Below are positions 56,753 through 64,000 of a stretch of 64,000 bases of DNA, one piece after another (the first letter of the stretch is position 1; every line of letters starts with the position of its first letter). Source of the DNA: Candidatus Eiseniibacteriota bacterium (lineage in GTDB: Bacteria; Eisenbacteria; RBG-16-71-46; JABDJR01); the NCBI GenBank assembly GCA_963762255.1, contig CAVXKA010000003.1:256001-320000 (forward strand). Direction: 5' to 3'. The notes below the pieces were generated by a model, which saw nothing but the letters and a program-made list of their open reading frames with translations, made no database searches and was not told the origin of the DNA. A program made the translations under genes and the position numbers.

Positions 56753-57994
56753 ATGGCAGACGTCCGTCCGTTTCGAGCCTACCGACCTCCCCGCGATCTC
56801 GCCTCGCGGGTCGCCTGTCCCCCCTACGACGTGCTGAACACGGAAGAGGCACGCGAGCTGGCGCGCGGCAACGAGGTCTCGTTCCTCCACGTGAACAAGC
56901 CGGAGATCGATTTCCCCTCGGGCCATGATCCGTATGCGCCCGAGGTCTACACGAAGGGACGGGAGAACCTCAAGGCGATGATCGCGAAGGGGCTCCTCGT
57001 CAGGGACCCCGCGCCCTGCTTCTACGTCTATCGCCAGGTCATGGGCGAACACGCGCAGACCGGCCTCGTCGCCGGCGCCAGCATCGCCGAGTACGAGGAC
57101 GATCGGATCAGCAAACACGAGTTCACGCGCCCCGACAAGGAGGACGACCGGACCCGCCACATCGACGTGCTCGACGCGAACGACGAGCCGGTCTTCTTGA
57201 CCTACTTCGCACGTCCCGGGATCGACCGCCTCGTGGCGGAGGTTTGCGCGGCGGAGCCCGCTTACGACTTCACAAGCGCCGACGGCATCGGGCACACGCT
57301 CTGGGTCGTGTCCGACCCGGCGCAGGTTGACGCGTTCCGCCGTCTCTTCGCCGAGGTGCCCCGTCTCTACGTGGCCGACGGGCACCATCGCAGCGCGGCC
57401 GCGACCCGCGTCAGGCGCGCTCGGCGCGAGCGCGACGGATCGGCCGCGGGTGAGAAGGAGTACGACCACTTCCTCACCGTGATCTTCCCGCACGACCAGA
57501 TGAAGATCATCGCCTACAACCGGGTCGTCCACGACCTGCATGGAATGAGCGAGGAGGCGTTTCTGGCGCGCGTGCGCGAGCGCTTCGAGGTGACGCCGGC
57601 CCCGCAGGCCGAGCCGGAACGGGCGCGCTCGTACGGGATGTTCCTCTCCGGCCGCTGGCACCGTCTCGTGCCGAAAGCCGGCTCCGTGCCGGAGGACGAC
57701 CCGGTGAACTCCCTCGACGTCGCCGTCCTCCAGAACAACCTGCTGTCCCCCGTCCTCGGAATCGACGACCCGCGGCGGGACAAGCGGATCGACTTCGTGG
57801 GCGGAATCCGGGGCACGGCCGAGCTTCAGAAGCGCGTGCAGAGCGGGAAGGCGGCCGTCGCCTTCGCTCTCCATCCGGTGAGCATCGAGCAGCTGATCCT
57901 GGTGGCGGACGCCGGTCAGGTCATGCCGCCCAAGTCGACCTGGTTCGAACCGAAGCTCCGCTCGGGACTTTTCGTGCGTCCGTTCGGAGACTGA
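56753..57994 (+). CDS. DUF1015 family protein
   Basis: PFRA.RP, PPYDV, HEFTRPDKE.DR, YVADGHHR, MPPKSTWFEPKLRSGL. Confidence 0.92.
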   Translation: MADVRPFRAYRPPRDLASRVACPPYDVLNTEEARELARGNEVSFLHVNKPEIDFPSGHDPYAPEVYTKGRENLKAMIAKGLLVRDPAPCFYVYRQVMGEHAQTGLVAGASIAEYEDDRISKHEFTRPDKEDDRTRHIDVLDANDEPVFLTYFARPGIDRLVAEVCAAEPAYDFTSADGIGHTLWVVSDPAQVDAFRRLFAEVPRLYVADGHHRSAAATRVRRARRERDGSAAGEKEYDHFLTVIFPHDQMKIIAYNRVVHDLHGMSEEAFLARVRERFEVTPAPQAEPERARSYGMFLSGRWHRLVPKAGSVPEDDPVNSLDVAVLQNNLLSPVLGIDDPRRDKRIDFVGGIRGTAELQKRVQSGKAAVAFALHPVSIEQLILVADAGQVMPPKSTWFEPKLRSGLFVRPFGD

Positions 57995-58012
57995 AGCGCG
58001 CAAGGAGGCAAC

Positions 58013-58892
58013 ATGAAGATCCTGCTTTCCGACTCGTTCGACCCGCCGCTGGCCGGCCGCCTGGCCCGGTTCGGCGAGGTGACCGCCGACAAGGCCGAGC
58101 TGCCCGAGTGCGACGTCGTGCTCATTCGCAGCAAGACCAAGGCGACCGCCGAGTACATCGCCGGCGCCCCCAAGCTCAAGATCATCATCCGCGGCGGCGT
58201 CGGCCTCGACAACGTGGACGCGGCGGCGGCCCGCGAGCGCGGCATCAAGGTCTTCAATACGCCCGAGGCGAGCAGCGTGGCCGTGGCCGAGCTGGCCTTC
58301 GCCTTCCTCCTCGCCATCCCGAGCAGGATCATCGACGGGCACATGTCGATGAAGGAAGGGAAGTGGCTGAAGAAGGAGCTGAAGCGCACCGAGCTCTTCC
58401 AGAAGACCCTCGGCATCATCGGGATCGGCCGCATCGGTACGGAGATCGCCCTGCGGGCCCACGCCTTCGGCATGAAGATCCTGGCGACCGATCTGGAGGT
58501 GAAGCATCACACCCTGGCCGACATGACGACCCTGGACGACCTCTGTGCGCGCAGCCGACTTCATCTCGCTTCAACACTGCCGCTCAACGACGCGACCCGC
58601 GGCATGGTCAACGCCCGCCTCATCGACAAGATGAAGAACGGGGTCATCCTCGTCAACACCGGTCGCGGCAAGATGCGTCGTCGAGGCCGACCTCGCCGCC
58701 GCGCTCGAGAGCGGCAAGGTCGGCGCCTACGGCACCGACGTCTGGGAGAGCGACCCACCGCCGGAGACCTCGCCCCTGCTCAAGGCCAAGAACGTCTACA
58801 TGTGCCCCCACATCGGGGCTTCGTCCAAGGAGAACCTGCTGCGGATCGGCGACCAGATCGTCGAGATCCTGGAGCGGGAGCTCGGCAAGTAG
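58013..58892 (+). CDS. serA: D-3-phosphoglycerate dehydrogenase (short form), with apparent indels
   Basis: RGGVGLDNVD, VAELA, GIGRIG, NTGRG; the C-terminus (..TDVWESDPP..PHIGASSKE) is in another frame and ends at TAG 58892. Confidence 0.8.
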
Positions 58893-58922
58893 TCACCACG
58901 AAACTGCGGAAGGAGTGACGCC

Positions 58923-60012
58923 ATGGCACGCACATACAACTTCTTCGCCGGACCGGCCGTGCTGCCGGTCGCGGCGCTCGAGCGGGCCCAGACGCGAAAT
59001 GCTCGACTGGGATAACACCGGCACCTCGGTCATGGAGACGAGCCACCGCTCGAAGGAGTACGAGGCCGTCCACAACGAGGCGATCGCCCTCGTCAAGGAG
59101 CTGATCGGCCTGCCGGAGAACTACCAGGTTCTCTTCCTGCAGGGCGGGGCCAGCCTGCAGTTCGCGATGGTCCCGATGAACCTGCTCTCGCCGGCCAGAC
59201 GGCCGACTACGATCAACACCGGCACCTGGGCGAAGAAGGCGATCGCGGAGGCGAAGCTCTTCGGCAACGTCAACATCGCCTGGGGCGGCGAGAAGGGGAA
59301 CGCCACGGAGATCCCGAAGAGCGGGCCGAGCTCAACCTCACCGCCGGCGCCCGCTACGTGCACATCACGAGCAACAACACGATCGAGGGGACGCAGTACC
59401 ACGCCTTCCCCGACACCGAAGGGCGTGCCGATCATCTGCGACATGTCCTCCGACTTCCTCTGGGCCCCCTTCGATCCGAAGCCGTTCGGCCTGATCTACG
59501 CCGGCGCACAGAAGAACGTCGGGCCGGCCGGGGTCACGGTGGTCGATCATCCGCTACGACCTGCTCGCACAGTGCAAGGACGAGATCCCGACCATCCTGA
59601 AGTACAAGACGCACGCGAAGGAGAACTCCCTCTACAACACGCCGCCCTGCTTCGGGATCTACATGATCCGAAACGTCCTCGCCACCGTGAAGGCGACGGG
59701 CGGGCTCAAGGCGATGGAGGCCACAACCGGAAGAAGGGCGGGATGATCTACGAGATCATCGACGGGCATTCCGACTTCTTCCGCTCGCCGGTGGCGCGCG
59801 ACGCCCGCTCGTACATGAACATCGTCTTCCGGCTGCCGAGCGAGGAGCTGGAGGAGAAGTTCGTGGCCGAGGGGAAGAAGCGCCGCTTCCTCGGGCTCAA
59901 GGGGCACCGCTCGGTGGGTGGGATCCGTATCTCGACCTACAACTCCTGCCCGATGGAGGCCTGCGAGGCGGTGACTTCGTTCATGAAGGAGTTCGTGAAG
60001 GCGAACGGGTAA
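58923..60012 (+). CDS. serC: Phosphoserine aminotransferase, with multiple apparent indels
   Basis: Across frames: NFFAGPAVLP, SHRS, LQGGASLQF, SNNTIEG, DMSS, YAGAQKNVGPAG, YNTPP, LKGHRSVGGIR.S.YN. Confidence 0.88.
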
Positions 60013-60057
60013 GCGAGCCGCCAACCGAAGTTCTCCACGCGGAGGCCCCTGGACACG

Positions 60058-61245
60058 ATGAAGTACGCCATCGTTTTGCCTGACGGCGCGGCTGACGTCG
60101 CGCTCCCCGAGTTCGACGGCCGCACGCCGCTGGAGGTCGCCCGGATTCCGCACATGGACTGGGTTGCCTCCAACGGGCGCGCCGGCCGCATCGTGACCAT
60201 TCCCGAGGGGTTCACGCCCGGCACGGACGTGGGCACGCTGTCGCTGCTCGGCTACGACCCGCACGTCTACTACTCGGGGCGAGCGCCCATCGAGGCCGCG
60301 GCCAAGGGGCTTTCCGCGCGATCCGATCAGATGATCTTCCGCTGCAACTTCGTCACGATCCTCGACGGGATAATGAAGGACAACACAGCCGGCCACATTC
60401 GGCAGGAGGAGACCGACCTGCTGATCGGTGACCTCGAGGCCGCGCTGAGGGCGGAAGGGTGTGAGTTCCACGCCGGCGTCACCTATCGCAACCTGATGCT
60501 GCTCTCCGACGCCGCCGATATGCAGCTCCAGTGCGCCCCACCGCACGACATCATCGACCAGCCGGTGGCGGCGCACGCGCCTCGGGGAATGGGGGCGGAG
60601 CGGGTCGTGCGCATCGAGAAGCTGGCGCACGATCTGCTCGCCGACCACGCGGTTAACCGCGAGCGGCGGGGCCAGGGGCGGACGCCCGTCACCGACATCT
60701 GGCTGTGGGGGCAGGGGCGTCCCGTCCGATTCGAGCCGTTTGCGGAGCGCTTCGGGCCGCGCGGGGCGATCATCACCGGCGTGGACATCCTGCGCGGCTT
60801 CGCGCGCCTGATGGATATGCAGATCATCGAGGTGCCGGGAGCGACGGGGTATCTGGATACCAACTACGCCGGCAAGGGCGAGGCGGCGGCACGAGCGATC
60901 GACGAATTCGACATGATCGTGGTCCACGTCGAGGCCGCGGACGAGTCCGCGCATATGGGCAGCCCGTCCGAGAAGGTGAAGGCGCTCGAGTGCATCGACG
61001 AGCTTGTCGTCGGGCCTCTGTTGCGCAAGCTGCAGGCGGGCGGTGACTGGCGAATGCTCGTAGCCGCGGATCATCCGACCCTCTGCACGACCCGGGGCCA
61101 CTCGGACGTGCCGCCGCTCTTCGCCTTTGCCGGCACGGGAATCGCAGCCGTGGAGCAGGTTCCGTTCACGGAGGCGGCCGCCGATCGCGGCGGCTACTGG
61201 ATCCGCGAGGGACACCGGCTCATGGAGACGTTCCTGCGGGGCTGA
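60058..61245 (+). CDS. apgM: Cofactor-independent phosphoglycerate mutase (ApgM) family protein
   Basis: DGAAD, TPLEVA..P.MD, PGTDV..LSLLGYDP, GRAPIEAA, ATGYLDTNY.GK, HVEA.DE.AH, DHPT. Confidence 0.85.
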   Translation: MKYAIVLPDGAADVALPEFDGRTPLEVARIPHMDWVASNGRAGRIVTIPEGFTPGTDVGTLSLLGYDPHVYYSGRAPIEAAAKGLSARSDQMIFRCNFVTILDGIMKDNTAGHIRQEETDLLIGDLEAALRAEGCEFHAGVTYRNLMLLSDAADMQLQCAPPHDIIDQPVAAHAPRGMGAERVVRIEKLAHDLLADHAVNRERRGQGRTPVTDIWLWGQGRPVRFEPFAERFGPRGAIITGVDILRGFARLMDMQIIEVPGATGYLDTNYAGKGEAAARAIDEFDMIVVHVEAADESAHMGSPSEKVKALECIDELVVGPLLRKLQAGGDWRMLVAADHPTLCTTRGHSDVPPLFAFAGTGIAAVEQVPFTEAAADRGGYWIREGHRLMETFLRG

Positions 61246-61264
61246 GCGTACCTGACGCGCGACG

Positions 61265-62692
61265 TTACCGCTTGCGCACTCCCGCCAGCGCCTGATCCAG
61301 ATCCGCGATGACGTCGTCGGGGTGCTCCCCGCCGACGCACAGGCGCACCAGATTCGGCGGGATATGCGCCAGCTTGCGGCCTTCATCGCCCTGCTGCTGG
61401 TGGGTCGAGATGGCGGGGATCGTGGCCACGCTCTTGATGCGTCCCAGGTCGGTTGCCCGCCAGATGCGCTGCAGGCCGTCGAAGAACTTCTGGGCCGCTT
61501 CCGCTCCGCCCTTGACGCAGAACGACATCAGGTGGCCGTAGCGATTGACCGGCCGACCGTACATCTCGTCGTGCTCGGCGTCGACGAGCCACATGTACTT
61601 GCTCGCCAGCTCGTGCAGCGGGTGGTTCTTGAGTCCGAGGTACGCGACGTTCTCGACCAACGGGTGACCGGACAGCCACTCCGCGACTCTCTGGGTGCTG
61701 CGGCTCATGAGGTCCATCTTGGAGCGCAGCGTGCGCATGTCGTTGAGGGTCAGAATGGCCTGCACCGGGTGCAGGTTGGGGCCGTAGTCCCGGTTGGGCA
61801 GGTACTTGATGTAGAGCGCGAAGTCGTCCTTGAGCTCGGCGACCGGGATGTTCGACGTCAGGCCCTTGCGGGCGATGACCGCCCCGCAAACGCCGAAGCC
61901 ACTCGTGGTGAGGCTCTTCGTCGCCGACTGCACGACGATGTCGGCGCCATGGCAGATCGGCCGCAGCAGCGCCGGCGAGGCGACGGTGCTGTCGACGATG
62001 AGCGGCAGATTGTGGGCGTGCGCCAGGTCCGCCACGGCGCGGATGTCGAAGAACCCCTGCCCCGGGTTGCTCGGCAGCTCGCCGTAGAGGAATCGGGTGT
62101 TCTTGTCGATTCGCGACTCCCAAGAGTCCAGGTTCGTCGGATCCTCGATCCAGCGGCACTCGATGTCGCGCTCCTGCTGCAAGCGGACGTTGAACTGCTG
62201 GAACGTGCCGCCGTAGCACTGGGCGGTCGCGAGGAAGTTGCGAGGCTCGTAGACATTGTGGTGCTTGTGCATCAGGAACGGCTGCACCGCCGTCATGATG
62301 GCCGCCATGCCCGACGAGGTCGAGCAGCACGAGGTTTCGCCGTCGAAGCCGTACCCCTCCAGGAGTGCCAGCGCCCATTCGTAGTAGTAGGTCGAGGGGT
62401 TGGCGATGCGGGAGTAGCACCAGGTCGGGATCAGGTAGGCCAGTGCCGCGGCCATCTCGTCGGAGTCGCGGTAGGCCTGGGACGTCGAGAGGAAGATCGG
62501 CTCGATGATCGAACCCTGGTAGTCCTCGATCGCGTCCTGGACCGAATAGAGACCGTGAACCGCGATGGTGTCGAACTTCCACTTCTTGACGACGTCGCGG
62601 ATGTACGCGGTGCGCCGGGCCAGATACTCGTTGTTCTTTTCGATGTAGCGTTGCATCCCGGGTGTGATCTGTTGGACGTCGACGTCTGACAT
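61265..62692 (-). CDS. PLP-dependent Cys/Met metabolism enzyme (O-acetylhomoserine sulfhydrylase-like)
   Basis: YSRIANP, SSGMAAI, YGGT, E.PSNP, DST.A.P, S.TK, P..STHQQ, VRL.VG.E; GGAGG SD upstream. Confidence 0.88.
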   Translation of the reverse strand: MSDVDVQQITPGMQRYIEKNNEYLARRTAYIRDVVKKWKFDTIAVHGLYSVQDAIEDYQGSIIEPIFLSTSQAYRDSDEMAAALAYLIPTWCYSRIANPSTYYYEWALALLEGYGFDGETSCCSTSSGMAAIMTAVQPFLMHKHHNVYEPRNFLATAQCYGGTFQQFNVRLQQERDIECRWIEDPTNLDSWESRIDKNTRFLYGELPSNPGQGFFDIRAVADLAHAHNLPLIVDSTVASPALLRPICHGADIVVQSATKSLTTSGFGVCGAVIARKGLTSNIPVAELKDDFALYIKYLPNRDYGPNLHPVQAILTLNDMRTLRSKMDLMSRSTQRVAEWLSGHPLVENVAYLGLKNHPLHELASKYMWLVDAEHDEMYGRPVNRYGHLMSFCVKGGAEAAQKFFDGLQRIWRATDLGRIKSVATIPAISTHQQQGDEGRKLAHIPPNLVRLCVGGEHPDDVIADLDQALAGVRKR

Positions 62693-62831
62693 GGGCAACC
62701 TCCGGGAAGAGAACCTTGTTGAGCAACCGACCGCGCGCTAGCATACAGCAGCCTCGCGCGCGTTGAGAAGCGCTCGTCGGTTCGCGTTTCTCCGCCGCGA
62801 CTAAACGAAACGTCCAAGGAGCCCGCCGAAC

Positions 62832-64000
62832 ATGGCTGACGAGCCCGTTCTCTTCTACAGCACAAATCGAACCATCCCGAAAGCGGACCTCCGGACGGCC
62901 CTGCTCCAGGGGCAGGCGGCCGACAGAGGACTGTTCATGCCGGACCGCGTGCCGCCGCTCGATTCGGCCGACCTCGCCGCGCTTGCCGATAAATCCTATC
63001 CGGAGATCGCCCACTTCGTGCTGCGGCGATTCACGGCCGGAGTCCTCGAGGACGAGGAGTTGCGCGCGCTGTGCGAGGACGCCTACGACTACGAGGTGCC
63101 TCTCGAGCAGGTGACCGGCCGCCGTTGGCTGCTGCGCCTCGACCGCGGGCCGACAGCCTCTTTCAAGGATTTCGCCGCCCGCATGATGGCCCGCTGGATG
63201 GGAGCCTTCATGGCGGACGTGCGCGGCGAGCTGGTCATTCTCACCGCCACGTCGGGAGACACGGGGAGCGCCGTGGCCCACGCTTACCACGGCGTGCCCC
63301 GCGTGCAGAGCGTCGTGCTCTTCCCCGTCGCGGAGGTCTCGGCGCGCCAACGCCGGCAGATGACCACGCTGGGGGGAAACGTCACCACCTTCGCGGTGGA
63401 CGGCAAGTTCGACGACTGCCAGGCCATGGTCAAGCGCGCCTTCGCCGACCCCGACCTGGCGGGACTCCGCCTGAGCAGCGCCAACTCGATCAACATCGGC
63501 CGCCTGCTTCCGCAGTCCGTCTACTACGTCTATGCCTACGTGCGACTCGCCGACGTGCGCGCGCGCGAGCCGATCGTTTTCTCCGTGCCGTCCGGGAATT
63601 TCGGCGACATGATGGGTGCCGTGCTGGCGATGCGCATGGGACTGCCGATCTCGCGCATCGTCATCGCCACGAACGCGAACGACGAGGTGCCCCGCTTCTT
63701 CGCCAGCGGACACTACGAGAAGATCGTGCCGTCGCGCGTCTGCATCTCCAACGCGATGAACGTGGGCCACCCCTCGAACCTCGCGCGCCTGGTGGACGCG
63801 TACGGCGGCTGGATGGACGAGACGGGGATCCTGCGCGAGCCGCCCGATATGGCCGCGTTGCGCCGGGATTTTCACGTCGTGAGCATCTCCGACGAGGAGA
63901 CGCGCGCCACGATCCGGGAAACCTGGGAACAGCACCGGGTCCTGATCGAGCCGCACGGCGCGGTCGGTTGGGCGGGCTTGAAGCGCTTTCTGGCTGCGCC
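62832..64000 (+). CDS. thrC: Threonine synthase (runs off window edge)
   Basis: Manual translation: YSTN, GQAADRGLFMP, GPTASFKDF, ATSGDTGSA, FDDCQ, SANSINIGRL.PQ, VPSGNFG, EPHGAVG. Confidence 0.93.
   Translation, partial: MADEPVLFYSTNRTIPKADLRTALLQGQAADRGLFMPDRVPPLDSADLAALADKSYPEIAHFVLRRFTAGVLEDEELRALCEDAYDYEVPLEQVTGRRWLLRLDRGPTASFKDFAARMMARWMGAFMADVRGELVILTATSGDTGSAVAHAYHGVPRVQSVVLFPVAEVSARQRRQMTTLGGNVTTFAVDGKFDDCQAMVKRAFADPDLAGLRLSSANSINIGRLLPQSVYYVYAYVRLADVRAREPIVFSVPSGNFGDMMGAVLAMRMGLPISRIVIATNANDEVPRFFASGHYEKIVPSRVCISNAMNVGHPSNLARLVDAYGGWMDETGILREPPDMAALRRDFHVVSISDEETRATIRETWEQHRVLIEPHGAVGWAGLKRFLAA

Noticed and set aside
62700-62830. SAM riboswitch or T-box upstream of the metY-like gene or thrC
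   Set aside because: The divergent spacer is short and has no recognisable consensus

Overview
A GC-rich bacterial chromosomal segment made up mostly of housekeeping genes. A FlgD/T9SS-like C-terminal domain, spoVG, the alternative GlmU-like protein and selA suggest an FCB-related lineage such as Eisenbacteria or Latescibacterota (inference). In order, the window holds: a partial ETF-QO; an sxtI-J-K-L-like carbamoyltransferase module; surface-glycosylation genes; rpiA-MFS-rlmD-GNAT; nrdR-tatC-coaX behind two tandem NrdR boxes; a PilB/GspE-like protein lacking its ATPase motifs coupled to pilT; an HD-GYP protein; selA-smc-ftsY; a long minus-strand run (rmlA-rfbD-gmhA-UbiA-ispE-spoVG-prs-rplY-pth-rpsF-rpsR-rplI); a standalone HTH-HATPase-STAS gene with three 22-bp-phased operator-like repeats; pepF and alaS; a three-gene secreted fibre-like cluster between recX and alaS; thpR-recA-recX; a ferritin-like protein and a prolyl oligopeptidase; DUF1015-serA-serC-apgM; a metY-like gene; and a partial thrC. 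No rRNA, tRNA, CRISPR array or transposase was recognised. Several frameshifts (smc, serA, serC, fibre gene) look like long-read indel errors. The best candidates for undescribed biology are the fibre/adaptor cluster, the pseudo-ATPase/PilT pair, the HTH-HATPase-STAS cassette and a structured RNA candidate upstream of prs. All calls come from motif recognition by eye; no searches were run.
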